From positions 256,001-320,000 of the forward strand of contig CAWBAN010000002.1 of the NCBI GenBank assembly GCA_963786935.1: a DNA stretch of 64,000 bases, in the 5' to 3' direction. This document shows positions 1 to 9,283 of the stretch, in pieces. The first letter of the stretch is position 1. The number at the start of each line of letters is the position of its first letter. A model generated the notes under the pieces. That model saw only the letters and a program-made list of their open reading frames with translations, was not told where the DNA came from and made no database searches. The stretch is from an uncultured bacterium (lineage in GTDB: Bacteria > Krumholzibacteriota > Krumholzibacteriia > Krumholzibacteriales > Krumholzibacteriaceae). Position numbers and translations under genes: made by a program.

Positions 1-338
1 GTTGCCGCAGCCGAGGCTACATCTATAGTGGGAGCGATAACAGCGACGAGGTCTCGTGGAATGAAGCCAACTCCGGGAATCAAACACATCCTGTCGGCAG
101 GAAGAAACCCAATGAGCTGGGCTTGTTTGACATGAGCGGGAATCTGTGGGAATGGTGCGCCGATTGGCCCGATACGAGCTCCGGCGGGTCGCCAACGCCC
201 GGTGGGGTCGTCGAACATGCGCTGCGCGGCAATTCGTACGACAATCCTGCAAACAGGAGCAGCTGCAAGCTTTCTGTTCGTCTGGACAAGGATTCGCGTC
301 ACATCAATATCGGTTTTCGTGTCGCGCGATCCAAATAG
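1..338 (+). CDS. FGE-sulfatase (SUMF1/EgtB/PvdO) domain protein, C-terminal part (5' truncated by window edge)
   Basis: Frame open from base 3: ...THPVGRKKPNELGLFDMSGNLWEWCADW...RGNSY...IGFRVAR, typical FGE-sulfatase motifs. Confidence 0.9.
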   Translation, partial: CRSRGYIYSGSDNSDEVSWNEANSGNQTHPVGRKKPNELGLFDMSGNLWEWCADWPDTSSGGSPTPGGVVEHALRGNSYDNPANRSSCKLSVRLDKDSRHINIGFRVARSK

Positions 339-458
339 ATGGCATATTATCCGTGGGCTGGACTGACGCCAAGACGCGCGTCGTGCCGGCCCGCCGGGGC
401 GCCGCGCGCGGCTGTTGCCGCGTTATGCTGAATCGGGCTTCAGCATGAGAGAAAGCGA

Positions 459-893
459 ATGAGAGCGACTGCAATTATTATATGGATCGTTTCGGCTCTC
501 GTGCTCGGTTGCTCGGAAGATTCGTTTGTGGATGTAATCGACGAGGATCCGCTCGGGCCGGGCCCGCTGAACCACGCTCCCATAATCGCCCCGCAGCCCG
601 ATACGAGCGCCATCGTCGGCGATACGCTGATGCTCCAAATTTCCGCTACCGATCCGGACGGAGACGCTCTTTATTATGAGGTGGATGTGTCGTGCACGTG
701 GCTTGAGACAAGCAACAACAACTGTCATTCGCCGATCGCCCGGATCGATTATCAAACCGGAAGATTCTGGTTTAATCCCCGAAGCTATGATATTCCGGTA
801 CGGCACGTCATCGTGACGGTGAGCGATCCTCATGGCAGCAGCGCCTCCATGGAATTTGATGTTATGGTCAGCGCGGCGGAACAGAGGATGTGA
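459..893 (+). CDS. Lipoprotein with cadherin/Ig-like domain
   Basis: Lipobox VLGC; NHAP...ISATDPDGDALYY...VTVSDPHG Ig-like pattern. Confidence 0.7.
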   Translation: MRATAIIIWIVSALVLGCSEDSFVDVIDEDPLGPGPLNHAPIIAPQPDTSAIVGDTLMLQISATDPDGDALYYEVDVSCTWLETSNNNCHSPIARIDYQTGRFWFNPRSYDIPVRHVIVTVSDPHGSSASMEFDVMVSAAEQRM

Positions 894-928
894 AATTAAC
901 GCCGCACAGCATTGAAGAGTCGCGCCCT

Positions 929-1276
929 ATGGTGATGAATCGCAATCGGAAGATCGTTCTGGCGCTCGGCGCCGTCATTATCGCCGCGTTGATCGTGCGG
1001 CCCCCGTACTTCGGCGTCGATCGCGAGTCCGGCGGGAAGGTGCATGCGTTCATCGGATATCATTGGATATGGGCGTCTCCCTCGTCTGCAAACGTTTACG
1101 AGCGGCTCATGAAGAGCAGCGCCTCGGGGGTCGATGGATCGCGGCTCGCATCATTCGAGGCGAGAATCAATGTTGTCCGCCTGATACAGAACATCGTGAT
1201 TTTGGGAGCCGCGGTCGCGCTGGGAATGGCGTTTCTCGGGAGACGGACGAAGGGACACGGCTCGGCTCGCCGCTGA
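929..1276 (+). CDS. Hypothetical membrane protein
   Basis: Two hydrophobic segments; fills gap before rsgA; start uncertain (890/929/935). Confidence 0.55.
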   Translation: MVMNRNRKIVLALGAVIIAALIVRPPYFGVDRESGGKVHAFIGYHWIWASPSSANVYERLMKSSASGVDGSRLASFEARINVVRLIQNIVILGAAVALGMAFLGRRTKGHGSARR

Positions 1277-1294
1277 CGGCCCGGAGAACGATAC

Positions 1295-2365
1295 ATGGAG
1301 CTCGTAGACCTCGGATTCGACGGTTGGTTCGAAAAAAAGCGATCCGAAGCGCAGAGGCCGGAGCTCGCCGTCGCGCGCGTGACGAGAGTCGATCGGGAGC
1401 GGTATCTCGTGAGGAACGGGGAGCGCGAAGTGCAGGCGGAGCTTGCGGGCAAGCTCCGTTTCTGCGCCGATTCGAGCGAAGAGCTCCCGTGCGTGGGAGA
1501 TTGGGTGTCCGTGCAGTACTACAACGACGATACGCTGGCGATCATTCACGAGCGCCTTCCGAGAAAAACCTTCCTGCGGCGAAAATCCGCCGGCAGGGAG
1601 ATCGAGCGCCAGATGATCGCGGCGAATATCGACACGGCCTTCATCGTGCAATCGTGCGACTTCAATTTCAACCTGCGCCGGATGGAGCGGTACCTGGTGA
1701 TGGCCGTCGACGGCCGCGTCGAGCCGATGATTCTCCTCAGCAAGAGCGATCTCGTGGGCGCCGAGGACCTGGAGAAGAAGATTCTCGAGATACGGCAGGT
1801 TCATATCGACACGAGAATCGTCGTGTTCAGCAATAAGACCGCGGCGGGGCTGGACGAGGTCCGGCGCGCCCTCGAAAAAGGAAAGACGTACTGCCTGCTC
1901 GGGTCGTCGGGAGTCGGAAAAACGACGCTCCTCAATCATCTGCTCGGCTCCGAGCTCTTCGAAACGAATCCCGTGCGCGAGAAAGACGGAAGGGGAAGGC
2001 ATACGACGGCGCGCCGGCAGCTGACGGTTCTCGACATGGGCGCGCTCCTGATCGATACGCCCGGTATGAGGGAGCTCGGCGTGATCGCGGAGGGCGCGAG
2101 CGTCGACGACAGCTTCTCCGATATTCGGGAGCTGTCCCGGAATTGTCCGTTCGGCGATTGCACGCATACAAGGGAGGCCGGATGCGCGGTTCTCGCGGCG
2201 GTTGAAGGCGGCGCGCTGAGCGAGGAGCGCTACCGGAGCTATTTGAAGCTCGCGAGCGAATCGGCGTTCCATCAGATGTCCTATGTCGAGCGGCGGAAGC
2301 GGGACAAGCAGTTCGGAAAGATGATCAAGACCGCGAAAAAGCAGATGAGAAAGAAGCAGCTGTAG
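1295..2365 (+). CDS. rsgA: Ribosome small subunit-dependent GTPase A
   Basis: VGDWV OB fold, SKSDL (G4), GSSGVGKTT, GRHTT, DTPGMRE, C-x4-C-x-H-x5-C zinc finger. Confidence 0.95.
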   Translation: MELVDLGFDGWFEKKRSEAQRPELAVARVTRVDRERYLVRNGEREVQAELAGKLRFCADSSEELPCVGDWVSVQYYNDDTLAIIHERLPRKTFLRRKSAGREIERQMIAANIDTAFIVQSCDFNFNLRRMERYLVMAVDGRVEPMILLSKSDLVGAEDLEKKILEIRQVHIDTRIVVFSNKTAAGLDEVRRALEKGKTYCLLGSSGVGKTTLLNHLLGSELFETNPVREKDGRGRHTTARRQLTVLDMGALLIDTPGMRELGVIAEGASVDDSFSDIRELSRNCPFGDCTHTREAGCAVLAAVEGGALSEERYRSYLKLASESAFHQMSYVERRKRDKQFGKMIKTAKKQMRKKQL

Positions 2366-2425
2366 ATCCGGCGCGCGGCGCCTGAATCCTGCCGAACGAG
2401 GCTGAAACAATCTCCTCGACGCATA

Positions 2426-2454
2426 ATGACACGGCCCCTTCGGCGTGGTACACT
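2426..2454 (+). promoter_or_regulatory. Putative sigma70 promoter for 2504 gene
   Basis: ATGACA-17 bp-TACACT with extended -10 TG. Confidence 0.5.
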
Positions 2455-2503
2455 GGGTTCCGTTCACGGCAGCTGATGAGATTCTGAAAAGCGGGAGGCA
2501 TCG

Positions 2504-3637
2504 GTGAAAATCGTCGTTCTGGGTGCAGGAATGGTCGGGAGCGCCATCGCGAGGGATCTGGCGCTCGAATCGGAATTCACGGTAACGGCCGCCGATATTG
2601 ACCGGCGGCATCTGACGCGGCTCGAGGCGGAATCGCGGGTCAAAGGCATTCAGGCCGATCTGCGGGAGCGGGAACGCGTCGTCGCGATCGTGTCCGAGCA
2701 TGATTTCGTCGTGAGCGCCGTTCCCGGCTTCATGGGATTCGAGACGCTCCGAACGATCATCGGAGCGGGGAAGAACGTCGTCGACATATCTTTCTTCGGC
2801 GAGGATCCCTTCCTGCTCGACGAAGCGGCGAAGTCCAAGGGGGTCACCGCAGTCGTGGACTGCGGCGTGGCGCCCGGCCTCTGCAACGTCATGGCCGGAT
2901 ATGTGAGCTCGCGGCTCGATGCGACCGACCGCTACGTATGTTACGTGGGGGGATTGCCCATCGTGCGCCAGTGGCCGTTCGAGTACAAAGCCGTCTTCTC
3001 GCCGCTCGACGTGCTCGAGGAGTACACGCGCCCCGCGCGCTTCGTCGAATACGGCCGGGAGATCGTCCGCCCCGCGCTCTCCGAGGTCGAGCTGATCGAT
3101 TTCCCCGGCGTCGGCACGCTCGAGGCGTTCAACACGGACGGCCTGCGCAGCCTGATCAAGACGATGAAGATCCCGTTCATGCGCGAGAAGACGATGCGCT
3201 ATCCCGGACACGCCGAGCTCCTGCGTATCTTCAGAGAGAGCGGATTCTTCGGCACCGAGCCGGTCGAGATCGAAGGGAAGGCGGTGCGGCCGATCGCGCT
3301 TACGTCGAAGCTGCTCTTCGACCAGTGGCGGCTCGGCGAGGGGGAGAAGGATTTCACGGTGATGCAGGTGATCGTTGAGGGCCGGAAGGCCGAGCGGCAG
3401 CTCCGGCATACGTACAATCTGCTCGATCGTTACGACGAGAAATCCCACATCACGTCGATGGCGCGCACGACGGGATATACCTGCTCCATCGTCGCGCGAC
3501 AGGTGATCCGCGGGCTCTTCTCGCGCAAAGGGATCTGTCCCCCCGAGTACCTCGGCATGACGAACGGGTGCTGGGAGAATCTGATGGCCGAATACGCCAA
3601 GCGCGACATCGCGGTCACCGAAACGGTCGCGCGCTGA
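2504..3637 (+). CDS. Saccharopine dehydrogenase / lysine 6-dehydrogenase family protein
   Basis: GAGMVG Rossmann motif, DCGVAPGL, KTMRYPGH, MARTTG. Confidence 0.9.
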   Translation: MKIVVLGAGMVGSAIARDLALESEFTVTAADIDRRHLTRLEAESRVKGIQADLRERERVVAIVSEHDFVVSAVPGFMGFETLRTIIGAGKNVVDISFFGEDPFLLDEAAKSKGVTAVVDCGVAPGLCNVMAGYVSSRLDATDRYVCYVGGLPIVRQWPFEYKAVFSPLDVLEEYTRPARFVEYGREIVRPALSEVELIDFPGVGTLEAFNTDGLRSLIKTMKIPFMREKTMRYPGHAELLRIFRESGFFGTEPVEIEGKAVRPIALTSKLLFDQWRLGEGEKDFTVMQVIVEGRKAERQLRHTYNLLDRYDEKSHITSMARTTGYTCSIVARQVIRGLFSRKGICPPEYLGMTNGCWENLMAEYAKRDIAVTETVAR

Positions 3638-3695
3638 GGTGCGGCGAGAGGCGCCGGGCCGAGCGCGGCAGCTACAGTTCGAACGGAGGAGACTC

Positions 3696-3887
3696 ATGGG
3701 CATTCTCTGGGAAATCGTGCAGACGGGGCTGATGTATGGGCAGAAGCGTAAATCGGATACGGTTGAAGACCGCGTCAAGTTTCTCGAGGACCAGCTCGCG
3801 GCGACGCAGAACACGATCCGGAATCTCGTCAAGAAGCTCGAGGAGATCAACAAGGCCGATTTCGACGGCGACGGCAAGGTCGGGTAG
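3696..3887 (+). CDS. Small coiled-coil protein with terminal DxDxDG loop
   Basis: GGAGGAG RBS before ATG 3696; ends ADFDGDGKVG. Confidence 0.7.
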   Translation: MGILWEIVQTGLMYGQKRKSDTVEDRVKFLEDQLAATQNTIRNLVKKLEEINKADFDGDGKVG

Positions 3888-3890
3888 GAC

Positions 3891-5531
3891 ATGCTGCGGG
3901 CCGGATCCGGGGCCGCCGCCGCGATCGTGATTATCGCGGTCATGCTCCTCGCGATCGCGAACACCTTCGTGACGGACGACGCGTTCATATCCTTTCGCTA
4001 CGCCCGCAATCTCGTCGAGTCGCACGAGCTCGCATGGAATCCCGGAACGGGGGAGCGCGTGGAGGGCTACACGAACTTCCTCTGGACGCTCCTCATGGCC
4101 GGCTCGATCGCGGCGGGCGTCGATCCGGTGCCGGCATCGAAGGTCCTCGGGCTCGCGTTCGCGCTGGGAACGCTTCTCGTAACGTACGCTCTGGCGGCCC
4201 GCCTGCTGCGCTCGCGCGGCGCCGCGCTTCTCGCCGTCGCGCTCCTCGGGACGAACTACACCTTCAGCGCGTTTGCGACGAGCGGTCTCGAAACGCAGAT
4301 GCAGACATTCCTGATCGTCGCGGCCGTCTCCCTGGCTCTTCCGATGATGGATGAGGAGCGTTGGGGCGTGTCCCGCGCGGCCGCGCTCTCGTTCGTGTGG
4401 GCCGCGGCGCTCCTGACGCGGCTCGATTCGGCGATTCCCGTTCTCGTTTTGTTCGTTTTCCTATTTGCAGTTTCCATCCGGCGGCCGGCAGGCGGGGCCG
4501 ACCGTTCCGGCGGTCGAGGAGTCGCGTGGGCGGCGCTCGTCCTTCCCGCGCTCGTCGTCGTCGGAACGTGGCTCCTCTGGAAACGCTCCTACTACGGAAG
4601 CGTGCTCCCGAACTCGTACTATGTAAAAGGATCGATGCTCTCTCTCGATATCCTGAAGGGAGGCATCCTCTATCTCTTCGAATTTTTCCGGGCGTACTGC
4701 CTTCCGCCCGTCGTCTTCGTATTTCTCTTCATGTTCAAGCGGATTCTCGCCGGGCGCGCGATGTGGGTGCTCGCGGCCATCTGCATGTTCTGGTTCATAT
4801 ATATTGTGCGGGTGGGGGGAGATTTCATGGAGTTCAGGTTCGTTGTGCCCGTGCTGCCGCTCCTCTTCATAATAATCGTCGCGACGCTTCAGTCAGTCGG
4901 GAACGCGATCGCGGCAGGCGGCGGAAGGCTCGTCGCCGCGCTCGCGATCATGCTGCCGATCTGCTCCGCTTTTCACGCGGCCACCTTCGACGGGACGCCG
5001 GGCGTCGAGCAGATCCCGAAGCTCCGGGAGTACGTCACGGGCGAGAACGGCAACTGGGAGGACGCGGGCAAAGCGCTCGCGGCGCTCTTTCCCGGGCGGG
5101 ACGTGACGATCGCGACCACGGCGGCGGGGGCGATTCCGTACTATTCGAAGCTCCCCGCGGTCGACATGCTCGGGATGAACGACGCGTGGGTGGCGCGCAG
5201 CGGCGAGATCATCGGGCCCCGGCCGGGGCACCGGCGCGCGGCGACGCTCGCGTACCTGAACGAGCGCGGCGTGAATCTCGTCATCGGCCATCCGGTCATC
5301 GAGCCCGCCGGCGCGGCACATGGAGCGGCCGGACTCTCACTCGACGATCTCGAGAAGATGTTCATGATCCGTCGCATCGAGGCCGGGCGCATCCCCGCCG
5401 ACGCGAAGATTCTGGAAATTCCGATCGACGGCGTCAACCGGCTCGTCGTGCTTTATCTCACGAAAAGTGAGCGGGTCGACGCTGTCATCGCGGAGAAACA
5501 TCTGGCGGCGTTTCCGATCGCGCGGATTTGA
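3891..5531 (+). CDS. GT-C superfamily membrane glycosyltransferase (ArnT/AftB-like)
   Basis: DDAFISFRYARNL...ERVEGYTNFLW, SGLET, GDFMEFRF; many TM helices. Confidence 0.8.
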   Translation: MLRAGSGAAAAIVIIAVMLLAIANTFVTDDAFISFRYARNLVESHELAWNPGTGERVEGYTNFLWTLLMAGSIAAGVDPVPASKVLGLAFALGTLLVTYALAARLLRSRGAALLAVALLGTNYTFSAFATSGLETQMQTFLIVAAVSLALPMMDEERWGVSRAAALSFVWAAALLTRLDSAIPVLVLFVFLFAVSIRRPAGGADRSGGRGVAWAALVLPALVVVGTWLLWKRSYYGSVLPNSYYVKGSMLSLDILKGGILYLFEFFRAYCLPPVVFVFLFMFKRILAGRAMWVLAAICMFWFIYIVRVGGDFMEFRFVVPVLPLLFIIIVATLQSVGNAIAAGGGRLVAALAIMLPICSAFHAATFDGTPGVEQIPKLREYVTGENGNWEDAGKALAALFPGRDVTIATTAAGAIPYYSKLPAVDMLGMNDAWVARSGEIIGPRPGHRRAATLAYLNERGVNLVIGHPVIEPAGAAHGAAGLSLDDLEKMFMIRRIEAGRIPADAKILEIPIDGVNRLVVLYLTKSERVDAVIAEKHLAAFPIARI

Positions 5532-5577
5532 TGCCGGGATAGATCGATCGCCGGATTCCCGGCGGAGGAGAATCGAA

Positions 5578-6315
5578 ATGGACCGGTACGCGGTGATGTC
5601 CGACATTCACGGCAACGTCTGGGCGCTCGAAGCGGTGCTGGAGGATATCGGACACCGCGGAATCAAGCACATCATCAATCTGGGAGATACGGTGTACGGC
5701 CCGCTCGAGCCGCAGGCGACGGTCGCGCGCCTCATGGAGCTTCCCGTGATCAGCATTCAGGGGAACGAGGACCGCCTGCTCTTCGAGAAGCAAAAATCCC
5801 CCGCCTCGGCCGCGGCCGAGTTCGTGCTGAAGCGGCTCGCGCGGGACAGCGTCGATTGGCTCGCCGCGCAGCCGGCGACGGCGGGCGCGGGGAGGGAGCT
5901 CTTCCTCTGCCACGGCACTCCGGCCTCCGATGAAACGTATCTGCTCGAGCGCGCGTCCCCGCGTGGCACGACGCTCGATACCTCCGACGCCATCCGGGAG
6001 CGGCTCGGCGCGGTGGCGCAGCCGGTCGTGCTGTGCGGGCACAGCCATATTCCCCGCGTTGTGCATCTGAGCGGGGGGCGCCTGATCGTCAATCCGGGAA
6101 GCGTTGGGCTGCAGGCGTATACGGACGACACGCCCGAGCCGCATATCATGGAGTGCGGAAGCCCGCACGCCCGCTACGCCGTGCTCACGAGGGCGGGGGA
6201 TCAGTGGTCGATCGAGGAAGTATGTCTTGCGTACGATTGGAAGAAGGCGGCCGAGGCGGCGAGCCGGAACGGCCGCAGCGATTGGGTGGATTGGCTCGAA
6301 AGGGGGCGTGTATGA
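5578..6315 (+). CDS. Metallophosphoesterase (calcineurin-like, YfcE-type)
   Basis: SDIHGN, LGD, GNED, CHG, GHSH, NPGSVG. Confidence 0.9.
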   Translation: MDRYAVMSDIHGNVWALEAVLEDIGHRGIKHIINLGDTVYGPLEPQATVARLMELPVISIQGNEDRLLFEKQKSPASAAAEFVLKRLARDSVDWLAAQPATAGAGRELFLCHGTPASDETYLLERASPRGTTLDTSDAIRERLGAVAQPVVLCGHSHIPRVVHLSGGRLIVNPGSVGLQAYTDDTPEPHIMECGSPHARYAVLTRAGDQWSIEEVCLAYDWKKAAEAASRNGRSDWVDWLERGRV

Positions 6316-6803
6316 CGAGGAGAAGAATGATCGCGGCGCTTGCGGCGCTCGCGATCGCCGCGACGTTCGCATCGTGCGCGACGGAAGCCCCGCGGAATCC
6401 CGCCGCGGAGCGCGAGGAGATCGCGCGCGTCATCGGCAACTCGATAATGTGGGCAATGGACAAGAACGTCGATCTGCTGTTCGCCTCGGTGGCGCAGGAT
6501 TCGGCGTTCTTCATCTTTCATCCCGACTCGGCGAGCACGATCGTCGGCTTCGACGCGTTCAAACAGATGACGAACGACGTCTTCATGCGCCCGGAGTTCA
6601 AGGCGACCGGATCCGCGATAAAAGACATGCGAATCGGCATCTCGAAATCGGGAGATGCCGCGTGGTGGTCGGCGATCCTCGACGATTTCGGGGAGGTCGG
6701 CGGCAGGCCCTACGCGTGGCGCAACACGCGATGGACCGGCGTGCTGGAGAAACGCGACGGGAAATGGGTCATCGTGCAGATGCACTTTTCGTTCGCGCAG
6801 TAG
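6312..6803 (+). CDS. NTF2/SnoaL-like lipoprotein
   Basis: Lipobox FASC; RWTGVLEKRDGKWVIVQMHFS C-terminus; ATGA overlap with previous gene. Confidence 0.8.
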   Translation: MTRRRMIAALAALAIAATFASCATEAPRNPAAEREEIARVIGNSIMWAMDKNVDLLFASVAQDSAFFIFHPDSASTIVGFDAFKQMTNDVFMRPEFKATGSAIKDMRIGISKSGDAAWWSAILDDFGEVGGRPYAWRNTRWTGVLEKRDGKWVIVQMHFSFAQ

Positions 6804-6866
6804 ACGGAAAGCGCGCAGCGAGGGCAACGAGCGGAACGAACGCAACGATGGGAAAGGAACGACTCG

Positions 6867-7604
6867 ATGAAGATAACGGCGTTCAACGGAAGCCCGCGGG
6901 CCGAGCGCGGCAACACGCACGTCATGGTGGAGTCGTTTCTCGCCGGGGCGCGCGAGGCGGGGGCTGAGACGGACAACGTTTTCCTCGCGAAGAGGAAGAT
7001 CGCGCCCTGCATCGCGTGCTACGCGTGTTGGATGAAGACGCCCGGGAGATGCGCGCAGCACGACGACATGGACGAGCTGCTCGACAAGGTGATCTCCTCG
7101 GATGTCGTCGTGTTCGCGACCCCCGTCTATGTGGACAACGTCACCGGGATCATGAAGGAGTTCATGGACCGGCTCATCGCGATCGGCGACCCGCACTGGG
7201 AGCGCGACGAAAACGGCGAATGCCGCCACCTGATGCGAAATCCGAAGCCGGCGAAGATCGCCGTCATCTCGAACTGCGGCTTCCCGCAGCAGAGCCATTT
7301 TCAGGTGCTGCGCCTCTATTATCGAAGAGTCGCGCGGAACATCCACGCCGAGCTGATCGTGGAGGTTTATCGCGACGGCGGCGCGCTTCTTACCACCTCC
7401 ACGCCGGAGCTGCTGCCGCTCGTGGCACGGTACAAGAAGCTCGTCGAGCGGGCCGGGCGAGAGACGGTGGAGCGCTCGCGGCTCTCGCCGGAGACGATCG
7501 CGAAGCTCGAGGAGCCCCTTCTCCCTTCGCCGACCTATGTCGAGGACTTCGTGCGGTTCGCAAACAAGCGGGTGGAAGATATCCTCGCAAAAAGGAAGGA
7601 ATAG
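6867..7604 (+). CDS. Iron-sulfur flavoprotein / flavodoxin family (FMN reductase-like)
   Basis: NGSPR..GNT, CIACYAC-x6-C, DDM, ATPVY, KEFMDR. Confidence 0.9.
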   Translation: MKITAFNGSPRAERGNTHVMVESFLAGAREAGAETDNVFLAKRKIAPCIACYACWMKTPGRCAQHDDMDELLDKVISSDVVVFATPVYVDNVTGIMKEFMDRLIAIGDPHWERDENGECRHLMRNPKPAKIAVISNCGFPQQSHFQVLRLYYRRVARNIHAELIVEVYRDGGALLTTSTPELLPLVARYKKLVERAGRETVERSRLSPETIAKLEEPLLPSPTYVEDFVRFANKRVEDILAKRKE

Positions 7605-8174
7605 ATGCGATTCCGCATCGCGATGCTCATGTTTCTCTGCGTCGCGGCGCTCGTGCCCGCGAGCATCGCGTCATCGGCGGCCGCCGCGGAGCCGGACAGC
7701 CTCTCCCTGAAAAAGGGAGACCGGGTGCGCGTCACTTTCGCCGGAATCAAGGCCGTCTGCATTATTGAGGAGATACAACCCAGGGTTCTCGGCCTCCGGA
7801 GCTCGGAGACCGGCGCGCTGCAGCGTGTACGCATCGCCGATATATCGAGCCTGGAAGTCCGCGCGCCGAGGTCGCCGTTGGCGGGCGCGGGGCGTGGAGC
7901 GATGATCGGGGGCGGAATCGGATTCCTCGCCGGCTTTGTGATAGGGATAGCGGCCTCGTCGTATGAGGGAACGTCTTCCGTAACTCCGGCTGAGGGGATC
8001 GCATTCTTCGGCGGCACGCTTCTCTTCTTCGGTGCAGTGCTCGGAGCATTGGGAGGATTGGCGGTGCCGGGCGGACAGTGGGAAAAGATTCCTCTGGACG
8101 CGCGGGCCGGAACGGCGGTTTCGCCGAACGGAACGATCGGAGTGGGAATCACCATTCCGATTGGGGGATCGTGA
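7605..8174 (+). CDS. Exported protein with glycine-zipper region (paralogue A)
   Basis: Signal peptide, KGDRVRV beta domain, GAGRGAMIGGGIG, PGGQWE. Confidence 0.7.
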   Translation: MRFRIAMLMFLCVAALVPASIASSAAAAEPDSLSLKKGDRVRVTFAGIKAVCIIEEIQPRVLGLRSSETGALQRVRIADISSLEVRAPRSPLAGAGRGAMIGGGIGFLAGFVIGIAASSYEGTSSVTPAEGIAFFGGTLLFFGAVLGALGGLAVPGGQWEKIPLDARAGTAVSPNGTIGVGITIPIGGS

Positions 8175-8776
8175 TGCGGTATCTCTTGGCGCTGCTCGCG
8201 ATGGTTCTCGTTGCGGGTGCGGGCGCCGCGGCGGCGGCCGCCGCGGCCGAGGACAGCCTTTCGGCGGCCCCGGCGATCTCGCCGCAAAAGGGGGATCGCG
8301 TTCGGGTCGAGGCGCTCGGGATCGAAGGCGTCTTTGTCGTGGAGGACATTCAGCCCGAGTTTCTCCTGCTGCGCGATCCGGACGGCATCATGCCCCAGAA
8401 GGTGCGCATCGCGGATATCACGAGCCTCGCGATCGGCGCCCCCAATTCGCCGGCGCGGGGCGCGGCGCGCGGAGCTGCCATCGGCGCCCTCATCGGGCTC
8501 CTCTCGGGATTCGTCACCGGGTTCGCGATGGGCGACGATCCGGATAACGATGGCAATTCCGACGGCGACTGGAGCTTCACCGTTACCGCCGAGGGAAAAG
8601 CATGGGCATACGGCGGCATGCTGTGCGCGGCCGGCGCGTTCATCGGGGCCATCGTGGGAGCGAGCATGCCGGGCGAGCAGTGGGAAGCGGTCTCTTTAAA
8701 CGGGAAGCCCGACATAGGAATGGCGCGGGACGGCACGGTCAGGATCGGTGTCGCATTTTCGTTAGGGGGATCATGA
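8174..8776 (+). CDS. Exported protein with glycine-zipper region (paralogue B)
   Basis: Same layout as A: KGDRVRV, VRIADI, RGAAIGALIG, PGEQWE, ends GGS. Confidence 0.7.
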   Translation: MRYLLALLAMVLVAGAGAAAAAAAAEDSLSAAPAISPQKGDRVRVEALGIEGVFVVEDIQPEFLLLRDPDGIMPQKVRIADITSLAIGAPNSPARGAARGAAIGALIGLLSGFVTGFAMGDDPDNDGNSDGDWSFTVTAEGKAWAYGGMLCAAGAFIGAIVGASMPGEQWEAVSLNGKPDIGMARDGTVRIGVAFSLGGS

Positions 8777-9213
8777 GGTGTTTCCTGAGGAGCGCGGGGA
8801 GGTATTGGGCGCTGTTCGCCGGGCTGCTGTTTCTCATAGAGTCGTCCTGCGCGGTCAGGATGCCGGTGCTGGAAACCGACCTCAAGAAGGCGGACCTGGC
8901 GGGGAGCGAGACGTACTGGCTCAAGACACAGGATAGGCATGTCTACGAGTTCGAGAAGTTTGCCGTGACGGACAGCACGCTCATCATCCTCGAAGGGAAA
9001 TCATACGGAATGGATGATTTGTCTCGCACAATGAGCCGACTCAAAGCCCCGGTCGTCATTCCATGGGGCGACGTCGAATCTCTCGAGAGGGCCGAGCGTT
9101 CGAATGTCATGACGGCGTTTGCGATCGCGGCGGGTGTGATCGTTGTGGGGGGCGTTGTTTTCGCGGCGTTATGGGTGCATGCAATCGCAGAGGGGTTGAG
9201 CCATCAGAACTGA
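8773..9213 (+). CDS. Hypothetical lipoprotein/membrane protein
   Basis: Lipobox-like SSC, C-terminal TM helix, ATGA overlap. Confidence 0.6.
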   Translation: MRCFLRSAGRYWALFAGLLFLIESSCAVRMPVLETDLKKADLAGSETYWLKTQDRHVYEFEKFAVTDSTLIILEGKSYGMDDLSRTMSRLKAPVVIPWGDVESLERAERSNVMTAFAIAAGVIVVGGVVFAALWVHAIAEGLSHQN

Positions 9214-9283
9214 GATCTTGATATCGCCCGGCACCGCGAGCGGGATTGGGAATTATGAATACTCAAACGGCAAGGAGGCTGTG

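Noticed and set aside
2472..2492. CTGATGAG...GAAA resembling a hammerhead ribozyme or fluoride riboswitch core
   Set aside because: No adequate stem II, flanking stems or cleavage triplet; upstream fluoride motif absent
1151..3988. 945-aa minus-strand ORF
   Set aside because: Shadow of rsgA and the dehydrogenase gene; no recognisable domain
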